From: an uncultured bacterium
GTDB lineage: Bacteria > Auribacterota > Erginobacteria > Erginobacterales > Erginobacteraceae
DNA length: 64,000 nucleotides
Direction: 5' to 3'
NCBI GenBank assembly: GCA_963822585.1
Contig: CAWGIE010000026.1
Coordinates: forward strand, 160,001-224,000
Below are positions 38,803 through 49,319 of the stretch, piece by piece (the stretch's first letter is position 1; each line of letters starts with the position of its first letter). Under the pieces are notes generated by a model, which saw nothing but the letters and a program-made list of their open reading frames with translations, was not told the DNA's origin and did no database searches. A program made the translations under genes and the position numbers.

Positions 38803-40365
38803 ATGAATCCTGCCACGGGATACATAATCGCGGGGGTCTGCGGCGTGGTCGGCATTCTCCTGGGTTTCGGGGTCTATGCCTTCTGGGCGCGACGCCAGGT
38901 CGCGTCCGCCGTCCATCGCGCGAAAAAGATTATCGCTGAAACCGAACGGGAAGTGGCCGCCAAACGCAAGGAAGTGGCTCTTCAGGCGAAGGAAGAACTC
39001 TATCAAACCCGGGCCCAGTTTGAGAAGGAAACCCGGGAACAGAGGCTGGAACTGAAAAACATCGAAAAAAGGATTAACGCCCGGGAAGAAAACCTGGAAC
39101 GGAAGCTGAATTTCGTGGAACGCCGGGAGAGCAAGTCTCAGGAGAAAGAACGAAAATTCAAGGAACGGGAACAGAAATTCGACCAGAAAGAAGAGCAGCT
39201 GCGCGGGTTGATGGAAAAACAGCAAATCAAATTGCAGCAGATCTCCGGGTTGAGTCGAGATGAGGCGAAGAATATCCTTCTTTCGTCGCTTCGAGAAGAA
39301 GCGGAGCGGAGCGCGGCCCTGATGGCCCGTCAGATCGAGGCGGAAGCGCGGGATAAAGCCGAACAAGAGGCTCGGAAGATAATATCTCTGGCCATCCAGC
39401 GGTATGCCTCCGATCAGGTCTCCGAGATTGCCGTCTCTACTCTTCCCTTGCCGAATGATGAGATGAAAGGGAGGATTATCGGCCGTGAAGGGCGCAACAT
39501 CCGCGCGTTTCAGGCGGCGACCGGGGTTGACATCATCGTAGACGACACCCCGGAAGTGGTGGTTCTCTCCGGGTTCGACCCGGTCCGCCGCGAGATCGCC
39601 CGGGTTGCTTTGAAAAAGCTGATCAGCGACGGACGGATCCATCCGCCCCGGATTGAAGAAATTGTCAAAAAATCCGCCAAGGAGATAGAGCGGAGCATCC
39701 GGGAAGCCGGCGAACAGGCTGCTTTTGATGTGGGCATTCATGGCCTGAAACCGGAGCTGATCAAGATACTGGGAAGGCTCCGGTACCGGACCAGCTACGG
39801 GCAGAATGTTCTCGACCATTCCCGGGAAGTCGCGTTCGTAATGGGTATCATGGCCGCGGAACTGAAGCTGGATATTCAGACCGCCAAGAAGATCGGGCTT
39901 CTTCATGACATCGGCAAAGCGGTCGATCATGAAGTGGAGGGCCCCCACGCTCAGATCGGAGCCAACCTGGCGAAGAAATTCGGTCTTCCCCCCGTGGTGA
40001 TCCAGGCGATCGCCTCCCACCACGGTGAAGTGGAACCTCAGTCTGTTTTTGATGTCCTCGGCCAGGCCGGAGACGCCATCTCGGCCGCCCGTCCGGGGGC
40101 CCGTTCCGAGACCATGGAAGGATATATCAAGCGTTTGGAAAAACTCGAGGAGCTGGCCCTTTCATTTCACGGGGTGAAGAAAGCGTACGCTATCCAGGCC
40201 GGCCGGGAGGTCCGGGTCATGGTCGAACCGGATAAAGTGGGTGACAGCGAAACCGTTCATATCGCCCGGAACATCTGCAAAAGGATTGAAGAGGAGATGG
40301 ATTATCCCGGGCAGGTACGGGTAACCGTCCTCAGAGAGACCCGGGCGGTGGACTACGCGAAGTAG
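38803..40365 (+). CDS. rny: Ribonuclease Y
   Basis: TM plus coiled coil; [12 protein letters not shown] (KH); [16 protein letters not shown] (HD). Confidence 0.97.
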   Translation: MNPATGYIIAGVCGVVGILLGFGVYAFWARRQVASAVHRAKKIIAETEREVAAKRKEVALQAKEELYQTRAQFEKETREQRLELKNIEKRINAREENLERKLNFVERRESKSQEKERKFKEREQKFDQKEEQLRGLMEKQQIKLQQISGLSRDEAKNILLSSLREEAERSAALMARQIEAEARDKAEQEARKIISLAIQRYASDQVSEIAVSTLPLPNDEMKGRIIGREGRNIRAFQAATGVDIIVDDTPEVVVLSGFDPVRREIARVALKKLISDGRIHPPRIEEIVKKSAKEIERSIREAGEQAAFDVGIHGLKPELIKILGRLRYRTSYGQNVLDHSREVAFVMGIMAAELKLDIQTAKKIGLLHDIGKAVDHEVEGPHAQIGANLAKKFGLPPVVIQAIASHHGEVEPQSVFDVLGQAGDAISAARPGARSETMEGYIKRLEKLEELALSFHGVKKAYAIQAGREVRVMVEPDKVGDSETVHIARNICKRIEEEMDYPGQVRVTVLRETRAVDYAK

Positions 40366-40565
40366 ACGGGGCAGACGGTCTCATCAGAAATACAGCACCC
40401 AGTAACTTTCAAGATACCGGGAAGAAGAAATGGAGTGATGGGATAATGGAGTGTTGGAGTATTGGAGGGCCGGGAGCCGGCGGGTCCATCACTCCAACAT
40501 TCCAATACTCCATCACTCCATGTAGCCCGGTCATATGATATGGACAAATCCTGGATGAAGCTCCT

Positions 40566-41363
40566 ATGAACGATACAATGCGAGTTCTCTTCGTCGGGGA
40601 CGTGGTCGGCAAGCCGGGCAGAAAAGCCTTCGCCGAAGTATATCCTCGTATTCGGGAGAGGGAAGGAATCCGGTTCTGCGTGGTCAACGCCGAGAACGCG
40701 GCCGGCGGGAGCGGGGTGAATGGAAAGGCCCTTACCGCCCTGCTGGCGGCGGGGGCTGACGTTCTGACCATGGGAGATCATGTCTGGAGAAACAAAGAAA
40801 TCTTCACATTCATTTCCGGTGAGCCCCGGCTGCTGCGGCCGGCCAACTTCCCGTCCGGAACACCGGGGCGAGGCAGCGGCGTCTTTGTCACGCCGGAAGG
40901 AATCGCCATCGGTGTCATCAACCTCCTGGGCCGAGTTTTCATGAATCCGATCGACTGCCCTTTCCGGCAATGTGACCGGGAGATCGAGAGCCTTGCCGGA
41001 CGGACCGGGATCATTCTGGTCGATTTCCATGCCGAGGCCACCTCCGAGAAAATAGCCCTGGGGTATTATTGTAACGGCCGGGTAACCGCCCTGCTCGGCA
41101 CTCATACCCACGTTCCCACCGCCGATGAGAGGGTCCTCGACCGGGGAACGGCGTACATTACCGATGTCGGCATGACCGGAGGAGCGGAATCGATTCTGGG
41201 GCGAACTATCTCCCCCGTATTGAAGAATTTTACCACCCGTCTCCCGGCCCCTTTCACCGTTTCCGGGGAGAGGCCGGTTTTACAGGGAGCGATCGTGGAT
41301 ATCGATATTCCGACCGGGAAGGCGGTCGGGATTCGGAGGGTGTGGGAGGAAAGCCCTGTCTGA
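40566..41363 (+). CDS. ymdB: YmdB-family metallophosphoesterase
   Basis: GDVVGKPGR, NAENAAGG, DFHAEATSEK, GTHTHV, TDVGMTG. Confidence 0.93.
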   Translation: MNDTMRVLFVGDVVGKPGRKAFAEVYPRIREREGIRFCVVNAENAAGGSGVNGKALTALLAAGADVLTMGDHVWRNKEIFTFISGEPRLLRPANFPSGTPGRGSGVFVTPEGIAIGVINLLGRVFMNPIDCPFRQCDREIESLAGRTGIILVDFHAEATSEKIALGYYCNGRVTALLGTHTHVPTADERVLDRGTAYITDVGMTGGAESILGRTISPVLKNFTTRLPAPFTVSGERPVLQGAIVDIDIPTGKAVGIRRVWEESPV

Positions 41364-41368
41364 AAAAA

Positions 41369-41455
41369 GTAATCAGTGATCAGTAATCGGTAATCAGTAC
41401 CGGCGAAGAGGGCTTCCTGATCACCGATTACCGATCACCGATTACTGGTTACCGG
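41369..41455. repeat. Palindrome with 7-mer arms (tcagtaa/ttactga), family D
   Basis: Second copy at ~45215-45312. Confidence 0.8.
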
Positions 41456-41501
41456 TTGCTGAAAAACTCCCTGATTAGTTGTCTGCCAGGAGATTGGAAA
41501 A

Positions 41502-42710
41502 TTGGAAGCCGAGAACAAAGCCGTCTACACCGTCAGCGAGATTACCGGCCGGATAAAAAATCTCCTGGAGGGAGAGTTCTTCCGGATCGGGGTAGTGGGA
41601 GAGATCTCCAACCTCCGACGCCCTGCTTCCGGGCACCTGTATTTCACTTTGAAAGATTCCGGCAGTCAGCTCCCGGCGGTTCTCTTCCGGGAGGACGCCC
41701 GGAGGTCCCGCTTTGAAATCCAAGACGGCCTGGAAGTGACCGCGTGGGGAAGGTTGACCGTGTATCGCCCGAGAGGGGGGTATCAGCTGGTCATCTCCAA
41801 CCTGGAACCGCGCGGGGCCGGTGCGCTGCAGCTGGCACTGGAGGAGCTCAAGGCGAAACTGGCCCGGGAAGGCCTCTTTGACTCCCGGTGGAAAAAACCG
41901 CTGCCGGCGCTTCCTTCCCGGATCGGCGTCGTTACCTCGCCGACCGGGGCCGCCATCCGCGACATTATTCAGGTCATCCAACGCCGCTTCGGCACTGCCC
42001 GGGTTATCATCAACCCGGTTCCGGTCCAGGGTGAAGGCGCCGCTGGGGAAATTGCCCGGGCGATCGTTGAATTCAATCGCTGGAAGAATGTCGATGTCAT
42101 CATCGTCGGCCGCGGGGGAGGGAGCCTGGAAGACCTCTGGGCCTTCAACGAGGAGGTCGTCGTACGCGCTATCTTCGCCTCGGAAATCCCGGTCATCTCC
42201 GCGGTCGGCCATGAGATCGACTGGACGCTCTCCGATCTGGTTGCCGACCTCAGGGCTCCCACCCCCTCCGCCGCGGCGGAACTGGTGATCGCCCGCAAGA
42301 GTGATCTGCTCTCAGGAGTGGAAGGTCTTTGTCGTCGGCTGGAGCGGGCGATGGAATCCCTGCTGAACGTCCTCCGGGGACGGGTTGAACGGGCTCTCCG
42401 CAGCACGATTCTCCACGATCCCCGTCTTCTCCTCCGGCAGTCGCAGCAGCAGTTGGACGAACTGACCGCCCGGATGAACCGGGTGATCGAGAACCGTTTC
42501 CGGTTTGAACGCCAGGCGATTGATTCTCTCCGGAAACGCCTGGAAAACTTGAGCCCGCAGGCCGTTCTCTCCCGCGGGTACAGCTTTACCCGGCGATTGC
42601 AGGATGGTAGAATACTGACCTCGATCGCCGCGCTGAAGCCGGGGGAGGCGGTGGAGACCCGTCTCCGGGAGGGAAGTTTTATCTCTATCGTCCGGGAGAA
42701 GAGCGGGTAG
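41502..42710 (+). CDS. xseA: Exodeoxyribonuclease VII large subunit
   Basis: GEISN, SGHLYFTLKD, GRGGGSLEDLWAFNEE, AVGHEID, RAPTPSAAAE. Confidence 0.96.
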   Translation: MEAENKAVYTVSEITGRIKNLLEGEFFRIGVVGEISNLRRPASGHLYFTLKDSGSQLPAVLFREDARRSRFEIQDGLEVTAWGRLTVYRPRGGYQLVISNLEPRGAGALQLALEELKAKLAREGLFDSRWKKPLPALPSRIGVVTSPTGAAIRDIIQVIQRRFGTARVIINPVPVQGEGAAGEIARAIVEFNRWKNVDVIIVGRGGGSLEDLWAFNEEVVVRAIFASEIPVISAVGHEIDWTLSDLVADLRAPTPSAAAELVIARKSDLLSGVEGLCRRLERAMESLLNVLRGRVERALRSTILHDPRLLLRQSQQQLDELTARMNRVIENRFRFERQAIDSLRKRLENLSPQAVLSRGYSFTRRLQDGRILTSIAALKPGEAVETRLREGSFISIVREKSG

Positions 42711-42889
42711 ACTGACCATGCTCGAAAAGGATTTCGAGCACCCCGGTGAAACCGGGGTAAATCCTAATATCGAAATCCTAAATAAATCTAAAATCCAAAT
42801 GATCAAATGTTTCAAATATCGCCGGTGTTAAACCCATTGTTTGGAATTTTTAATTTTGGTCACTTGATATTATTTAGGATTTAGTATTT

Positions 42890-42919
42890 TCCGCCAGAGG
42901 CGGATCAGCCTTTGGCTGA
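42890..42919. mobile_element. 30-bp double-hairpin REP-like mini-element inserted in an AT-rich palindromic repeat (~42759-42933)
   Basis: tccgccagaggcgga-tcagcctttggctga; removing it restores atttagtattt|agatattaggattt, the near-mirror of the left arm. Confidence 0.65.
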
Positions 42920-43036
42920 AGATATTAGGATTTGAGAGCTTTTCGAGTAAGGTATCGCTATTGGCAGACATAGCTTTTACAACCGGGAGGGACGAACCGA
43001 AGAATCGTCCCTCCATTTCATGAGGCGGGTCATACC

Positions 43037-43312
43037 ATGGCTGAGATAAAATTCGATCAGGCGCTCAAGCGCCTGGAAAAACTGGTCGCGGAGATGGAGG
43101 AGGAAGAGGTGCCCCTGGAAAAAAGTCTCCAGAAATACGAAGAAGGAACTCGGTTGGCCCGGCTCTGTCTGGATAAATTGAATCAGGCGGAAAGAAAAAT
43201 TGAAATTCTGAAAAAATCGAATGGACCGGAACCGGAGACCGAACCGTTTGCTCCCCCCGACGAACCGGACCAGACCGATGGGGATCGGGAAGAGAAACTT
43301 TCCAGTGACTGA
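43037..43312 (+). CDS. xseB: Exodeoxyribonuclease VII small subunit
   Basis: FDQALKRLEKLV...LEKSLQKYEEG...C...L..AE. Confidence 0.93.
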   Translation: MAEIKFDQALKRLEKLVAEMEEEEVPLEKSLQKYEEGTRLARLCLDKLNQAERKIEILKKSNGPEPETEPFAPPDEPDQTDGDREEKLSSD

Positions 43313-45200
43313 CTATTTAAAACAGATTAATTCTCCGGCCGATGTAAAAAAACTCTCCCTGCCGGAATTATATTCTCTGGCGGAGGAAATCCGCGGGGAG
43401 ATTATCCGGGTTGTCTCCCATACGGGGGGCCATCTGGCCTCCAGTCTTGGCGTGGTCGAACTCACTCTGGCCATGTATTATGTTTTCGATCTTCCCCCGG
43501 ACAAGGTCATCTGGGATGTCGGCCACCAGGCTTATGCCCACAAGCTCCTGACCGGGCGACGCGAGGCCTTTCCCACCCTGCGTCAGTACGGCGGACTGAG
43601 CGGTTTCCCGCGAATCGATGAGAGCCCCTATGATTCTTTCGGGGTGGGACATGCCAGCACCTCTCTCTCGGCTATGCTGGGGATGGCCGTCGCCCGGGAC
43701 AAGACCGGGGACACGGGGAAGATAATCGCCTGCATCGGCGACGGTTCCCTCACCGGCGGCCTGGCCCTGGAAGCCCTCACCCAGGGAGAACATGTCGCCC
43801 GGAATATCATGGTCGTATTGAATGCCAACGAGATGGCCATCTCTCCCAGTGTCGGCGAAATGGCCCGCTACCTGAACCGGCTGATCTCGGCCCCCTCATA
43901 CAATCGTTTGAAGAACGAAATCGAACAGGCGATGCAAAAGATCCCCTCGATCGGTCTGCGAATGGTTGACGCCTCCCATCGCCTCGAAGACGCGCTGAAG
44001 CACCTGATCACTCCCGGAGGCGTCTTTGAAGATTTCGGTTACCGGTACTTCGGACCGGTTAATGGACACGATCTGGAATCATTGATCAGGATATTCACCA
44101 ATATCAAGCATATCGACGACCCGGTTCTCCTGCACGTGCTGACCAAAAAGGGGAAGGGTTATCCGCCGGCTGAGAGCAATCCCGAAGCTTTTCATGGTCC
44201 GGGCGCCTTTGATGTCAAGACCGGGGAACCCCTGCAGCCCGTGAGATCTCTCTCCTATTCCCGGATTTTTGGAGAGGCGCTGGTTTCCCTGGCCGAGAAA
44301 GACCCTAAGATAATCGCCATTACCGCGGCCATGGCTTCGGGGACCGGCCTGGTCCCGTTTTGCCGGCGTTTCCCGGACCGGTTCTACGACGTTGGAATCG
44401 CCGAAGGACACGCGCTGACCTTCGCGGCCGGGATGGCGGTCCGGGGATTGAAGCCGGTGGCGGCTATCTATTCCACCTTTCTGCAGCGGGGATTCGACCA
44501 GATCGTTCATGATATCTGCCTGCAAAATCTGCCGGTGGTGCTGGCGATTGACCGCGCCGGCCTGGTTGGGGAAGACGGACCCACCCATCACGGAGTTTTT
44601 GACCCCGCCTTCCTGCGGATTATTCCCAATATTGTCATTATGCAGCCGAAAGACGGCCGGGAACTGGCGGGGATGCTGGCGATGGCGCTCACCCTCCCCG
44701 GGCCGTCCGTTGTCCGGTATCCGCGAGGAGAAACCGGCCTGACCAGGCTGGAGACCCCCTTCCCGGCGATTCCTCTGGGGAGAGGAGAAACTCTGCGGGA
44801 GGGGAAAGACGGTGTCTTCTGGGCGCTCGGGGAGATGGTCGGGGTTGCCGAAGATGCCGCCCGTCGGCTGGCCGAGCACAATCTCCATTTCGGAGTCGTC
44901 AACGCGCGTTTCATCAAACCGATCGATCGGGAACTGCTGGTTGAAAACGTCCGGTCCGGGAAAAAGATCGTGACCCTGTCCGAGGATACCCTCACCGGCG
45001 GTTTCGGTACGGCGGTCTGGGAATGCCTGAATGAAGAAGGCAGGGGTGACGCCGTGTTGTTACGAATCGGTCTCCCCGATCGATTCATCACTCATGGCGC
45101 CAGCCGTCTGCTGAGGGAGGAATGCGGGCTCACTGCCGAAGCGGTGGCCGCACGGGTCAAGGAAGCGTATGCTACTGAAGACAAAACCGGCAACCCATAA
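43305..45200 (+). CDS. dxs: 1-deoxy-D-xylulose-5-phosphate synthase
   Basis: GGHLASSLG, WDVGHQAY, GDG, DVGIAE, DRAGLVGEDGPTHHG; GTG start overlapping the xseB end. Confidence 0.96.
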   Translation: MTDYLKQINSPADVKKLSLPELYSLAEEIRGEIIRVVSHTGGHLASSLGVVELTLAMYYVFDLPPDKVIWDVGHQAYAHKLLTGRREAFPTLRQYGGLSGFPRIDESPYDSFGVGHASTSLSAMLGMAVARDKTGDTGKIIACIGDGSLTGGLALEALTQGEHVARNIMVVLNANEMAISPSVGEMARYLNRLISAPSYNRLKNEIEQAMQKIPSIGLRMVDASHRLEDALKHLITPGGVFEDFGYRYFGPVNGHDLESLIRIFTNIKHIDDPVLLHVLTKKGKGYPPAESNPEAFHGPGAFDVKTGEPLQPVRSLSYSRIFGEALVSLAEKDPKIIAITAAMASGTGLVPFCRRFPDRFYDVGIAEGHALTFAAGMAVRGLKPVAAIYSTFLQRGFDQIVHDICLQNLPVVLAIDRAGLVGEDGPTHHGVFDPAFLRIIPNIVIMQPKDGRELAGMLAMALTLPGPSVVRYPRGETGLTRLETPFPAIPLGRGETLREGKDGVFWALGEMVGVAEDAARRLAEHNLHFGVVNARFIKPIDRELLVENVRSGKKIVTLSEDTLTGGFGTAVWECLNEEGRGDAVLLRIGLPDRFITHGASRLLREECGLTAEAVAARVKEAYATEDKTGNP

Positions 45201-45376
45201 AAGACAGGAATAAATGACAGGTAATCGGTGAACAGTAATCGGTAATCAGTAATCAGTAATCAGTAATCGGTGGCGCGGCTTACTGATTACCGATTATCGG
45301 TTACTGATTACTGCTTGTCGAAGTATTCATGCTTCCTCAATTTTGAAAAATATCAACGAAGAGTCACACTCGATAG

Positions 45377-46117
45377 ATGTCTAAAAAAAGACTGGACCTG
45401 CTCCTGGTGGAACGGGGTCTCCTCCCGAGCCGCGAACAGGCCCGGAGGGTGATCCGGGCCGGGCACGTATTCGTTAACGAACAGAAGGCTGATAAGCCGG
45501 GCAGGCAGTTTGCCGACACCATTTCCGTCCGGATCACCAGTCAGCCCCGCTATGTAAGCCGGGGGGGAGAAAAGCTCAAGGGGGCGCTCGAAGCCTTCGC
45601 CCTCACGGTGGCGAACAAGGTAATACTGGACATCGGATCTTCCACCGGAGGGTTTGCTGACTGCCTTCTCCAGGAAGGAGCCCGACGTGTTTACTGCTTT
45701 GATGTTGGGAAGGGCCAGTTGGCCTGGAAGCTCCGGCAGGATCCCCGGGTGGTCGTCCGGGAAGGGTGTAACGCCCGTTACCTGACCGGCAAGGATCTGC
45801 CGGAGGCGCCCGATATCATAACGATAGATGTCTCTTTTATCTCACTGCGGAAGGTGATCCCGGCCTGCCTGGAACTTTTATCCGGGGACGGTTGCTTCCT
45901 GGCTCTGATTAAACCCCAGTTCGAAGCGGGAAGGGACGAAGTGAAGCGGGGAGGGGTGGTCCGTGATTCCTCGGTTCACCGCCGGGTGATCGAAGAGATC
46001 AAAGATTTTGCCCGGGGACGGAGTTTGCGCGTGGACGGTGTGTCGGAATCGGTTTTGACCGGACCCGCCGGGAACAAGGAATTTTTTATTTTACTCCGGA
46101 ATACCGGAGTAAAATAA
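45377..46117 (+). CDS. tlyA: TlyA-family rRNA methyltransferase
   Basis: RLDLLL, YVSRGGEKL, DIGSSTGGF, DVSFIS, LIKPQFE. Confidence 0.95.
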   Translation: MSKKRLDLLLVERGLLPSREQARRVIRAGHVFVNEQKADKPGRQFADTISVRITSQPRYVSRGGEKLKGALEAFALTVANKVILDIGSSTGGFADCLLQEGARRVYCFDVGKGQLAWKLRQDPRVVVREGCNARYLTGKDLPEAPDIITIDVSFISLRKVIPACLELLSGDGCFLALIKPQFEAGRDEVKRGGVVRDSSVHRRVIEEIKDFARGRSLRVDGVSESVLTGPAGNKEFFILLRNTGVK

Positions 46118-46289
46118 AAATTGAATTCACTGCCGGAGTAATAATATTCAGTCTTCGCTCGATTATAAGTAAAAAATGTTGTGTCGGCGTGAATCGTTGG
46201 ATAAAAACTAATCAAAGCAACGTTAGCAATTCTCTTCGATCGTAAAAGAGAATAATTCACTAAATTAGCGCCGGAGGCGCTAATTTATA

Positions 46290-47177
46290 ATGAAGACCAT
46301 CGGAATCGTCGCCAATCTGAAGAAAAAAAATGCCCTTTGCCAGGCGGAGAAAATCGCCCGGCATATCCGGGAGCGGGGCGGGGAGGCCTTCTTTGAGAAA
46401 GACCTGGCCGCCGCCCTTCCTCCCGGCGGCGCATCGTTCTCCCTGGCATCAATGCCTGAGGATCTCGATGCCCTTATCGTCCTGGGGGGGGACGGGACCC
46501 TGATCCGGACTTTCCGGCAATTAAACCGCGGGGAGATACCCCTTCTGGGCATTAATTTGGGGGGGCTGGGATTTTTAACCGAAGTACGCCTCGATGCCGC
46601 CGGCCAGGCCGTTGATAAGCTTCTGGAGGATAAACTGCTGGTAGAGAAACGGAACACCCTCGACGGTCTTTGCCGTCGAAACGATGCCGATCTCGAGTCC
46701 TTTACCGCGCTGAACGATATCGTCATCGGGAAAGGCGGCCTGGCCCGGGTTATCCATATGGAGGCATTCGTCGAGAGCGAATACCTGACCGCTTACATGG
46801 CCGACGGGATCATCATCGCCACGCCGACCGGGTCCACCGCTTATTCTCTCTCGGCGCAGGGGCCCATTCTCAGTCCGGAGACCGACGCTTTCCTCCTGAA
46901 CCCGATCTGTCCTCACACCCTGACCAACCGGCCGATTATTATCGGGGGGGGGAAGGAGATCAGAATCAAACTGGTCTCCAGCCCGCCGGGGACTACCCTG
47001 ACCGTTGACGGCCAGGTGGGAATCTCTCTTCAGGATGGGGATGAAGTCTTCATCCGGCGGGGGAAAAAGCGCCTCCATCTCCTGACGGCTCCGGGATCAA
47101 GTTATTACGCCATCCTTCGCAGCAAATTGCACTGGGGGGGGCGATCTCATTACCGCCGCCAGGGAAGGAAGAAATAG
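46290..47177 (+). CDS. nadK: NAD kinase
   Basis: LGGDGT, GINLGGLGFL, ALND, DGIIIATPTGSTAYSLSA. Confidence 0.95.
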   Translation: MKTIGIVANLKKKNALCQAEKIARHIRERGGEAFFEKDLAAALPPGGASFSLASMPEDLDALIVLGGDGTLIRTFRQLNRGEIPLLGINLGGLGFLTEVRLDAAGQAVDKLLEDKLLVEKRNTLDGLCRRNDADLESFTALNDIVIGKGGLARVIHMEAFVESEYLTAYMADGIIIATPTGSTAYSLSAQGPILSPETDAFLLNPICPHTLTNRPIIIGGGKEIRIKLVSSPPGTTLTVDGQVGISLQDGDEVFIRRGKKRLHLLTAPGSSYYAILRSKLHWGGRSHYRRQGRKK

Positions 47178-47290
47178 TTGAAATCATCCCCGCGGATGGA
47201 CTAAAGTGAACGTTTTTATGCGAGAACCCCGATCTCATCCCCGGTATGGTTTGGGGCGGGAGCGTGATAAACCGAGTAAGCTGAGGTAGA

Positions 47291-47506
47291 ATGCCCGAGA
47301 TAGTGATAAATCAAGCCCGTTGTAAGGGCTGCGGTCTTTGTGTTGCTGTCTGTCCGAAGAAGCTGATTCTGATAGACGACCGGATGAATAAAAAAGGCGT
47401 CTATCCGGTATATAGCGCCAGCCCGGGGGAGTGTACCGGCTGCCGCCTCTGTACCACCGTCTGTCCGGATGTAGCGATTACCATCTATAAGTCAGTTCAA
47501 CCATGA
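47291..47506 (+). CDS. 2x[4Fe-4S] ferredoxin (delta subunit of 2-oxoacid:ferredoxin oxidoreductase)
   Basis: CKGCGLCVAVCP and CTGCRLCTTVCPD. Confidence 0.93.
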   Translation: MPEIVINQARCKGCGLCVAVCPKKLILIDDRMNKKGVYPVYSASPGECTGCRLCTTVCPDVAITIYKSVQP

Positions 47507-48573
47507 AGAAAAAAGAAACAGCTGAGCGAATCCTCATCTGCGGGAATGAAGCGATCGGAGAAGCGGCCTTCCAGGCCGGTTGCGGCGCCTACTTCGGGTA
47601 TCCAATCACGCCTCAGAACGAGCTGACGGCGTACATGGCGGCCCGGATGCCGCCCGCGGGCAGGGTTTTTATCCAGTCGGAAAGCGAGCTGGCCGCGATC
47701 AACATGGTCTTTGGCGCGTCGGTCTGCGGGGTGAGAGCGATGACTTCCTCGTCCAGTCCCGGGATCAGCCTCAAGCAGGAGGGCATATCCTACCTGGCGG
47801 GCTGCGAATTGCCGGCGGTAATCGTCAACATGTCTCGGGGAGGACCGGGACTGGGGAATATCGGACCCGCCCAGGCGGATTACTTTCAGGCCACCCGGGG
47901 CGGCGGCCACGGCGATTACCGAACCCCGGTACTGGCCGGGGCATCGGTTCAGGAACTGGCCGATGTAACCTACATCGCTTTCGATCTGGCCGATCGTTAC
48001 CGGACGCCGGTTCTGATTCTCGGGGACGGCGTTCTCGGACAGATGATGGAACCGGTGGTCATCACTCATCCCGATCCAACCGACCTGCCGCCGAAAGACT
48101 GGGTGCTGGACGGCGCCAAAAACCGCGCGGCCCGGATGATTAAGTCGCTCTTTTTAGGTCCCGGAGAACTCGACGCCCATAACCGAAAATTGCAGGAAAG
48201 ATACCGGATGATCACCGAGCGCGAAGTCCGGTATGAAGAGTACCTCTGCCGGGATGCGACGCTGATCCTGGTCGCTTACGGGATCACCGCCCGCCTCTGC
48301 CGGGAGGTTGTTAAGAACCTCCGGAAAGAAGGGAAGCGGGTGGGGCTGCTCCGCCCGGTTACGCTCTGGCCTTTTCCCTCCGCGATCATCTTTGAACTCA
48401 GCGCGGCGGCGGCACAATTTCTGGCGGTGGAGATGAGTTACGGGCAGATGGTGGATGACGTGCGCCTGGCGGTTAATGGGAGGCGGCCGGTGCACTTTTT
48501 CGGTCATGGCGGAGGAGAAATTCTCACCGTCGGGGAGATTGAAGCCGCCGCCCGGGAGCTGATGGCGTCATGA
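47503..48573 (+). CDS. vorB: 2-oxoacid (2-oxoisovalerate-type):ferredoxin oxidoreductase alpha-type subunit
   Basis: GNEA, YFGYPITPQ, ESELAA, SSSSPGISLKQEG, RGGPGLG, GGGHGDY. Confidence 0.9.
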   Translation: MKKKETAERILICGNEAIGEAAFQAGCGAYFGYPITPQNELTAYMAARMPPAGRVFIQSESELAAINMVFGASVCGVRAMTSSSSPGISLKQEGISYLAGCELPAVIVNMSRGGPGLGNIGPAQADYFQATRGGGHGDYRTPVLAGASVQELADVTYIAFDLADRYRTPVLILGDGVLGQMMEPVVITHPDPTDLPPKDWVLDGAKNRAARMIKSLFLGPGELDAHNRKLQERYRMITEREVRYEEYLCRDATLILVAYGITARLCREVVKNLRKEGKRVGLLRPVTLWPFPSAIIFELSAAAAQFLAVEMSYGQMVDDVRLAVNGRRPVHFFGHGGGEILTVGEIEAAARELMAS

Positions 48574-49319
48574 AAAAGAACACCCGTGAGGTAATATACC
48601 GAAGACCGGAAACCCTGCAGGATGTCCCCACCCATTTTTGTCCCGGGTGCGGTCACGGAACGGTGCACAGGATCATAGCCGAGGTGATCGACGAACTGGG
48701 GATCCGGGAGCGGACAATCGGGATCGCCCCGGTGGGATGCGCCGTACTGGCCTATGACTATTTTAACTTTGATGTCACCGAGGCCGCCCATGGAAGGCCG
48801 CCGGCGGTGGCAACCGGGATCAAGCGTGTCCGTCCGGATCTGATCGTCTTCACCTACCAGGGGGACGGAGACCTGGCCGCCATCGGGACCGCCGAGATCA
48901 TTCATGCCGCCAACCGGGGAGAGAAAATCACGGTTATATTCGTCAATAACGGGATTTACGGGATGACCGGGGGACAGATGGCCCCCACGACCCTGATCGG
49001 CCAGAAGACCGCCACCACCCCCGACGGAAGAAGTTTCGAGGAGACCGGCCCCCCCCTCAAAGTCTGCGAGATGCTGGCACCTCTTGATGGAACGGATTTT
49101 ATCGCCCGGGGAGCCCTCGACACACCGGCCAACATCAGGAAAGTACGGGAATACATCACCCGGGCCTTCCGGAACCAGATCGAGGGACGGAGATTCTCAC
49201 TGGTAGAAGTGCTCTCTCCGTGCCCCACCTACTGGAGGGCTTCTCCCGTGGATTGTCTTTGCCGGATATCCCGGGAACTCATCCCTCATTTTCCGCTGGG
49301 GGTGATTAAAGATGGATAA
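48570..49319 (+). CDS. 2-oxoacid:ferredoxin oxidoreductase beta (TPP-binding) subunit
   Basis: FCPGCGHG, APVGC, HGR, YQGDGD, NNGIYGMTGGQ, SPCP. Confidence 0.92.
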   Translation: MKKNTREVIYRRPETLQDVPTHFCPGCGHGTVHRIIAEVIDELGIRERTIGIAPVGCAVLAYDYFNFDVTEAAHGRPPAVATGIKRVRPDLIVFTYQGDGDLAAIGTAEIIHAANRGEKITVIFVNNGIYGMTGGQMAPTTLIGQKTATTPDGRSFEETGPPLKVCEMLAPLDGTDFIARGALDTPANIRKVREYITRAFRNQIEGRRFSLVEVLSPCPTYWRASPVDCLCRISRELIPHFPLGVIKDG

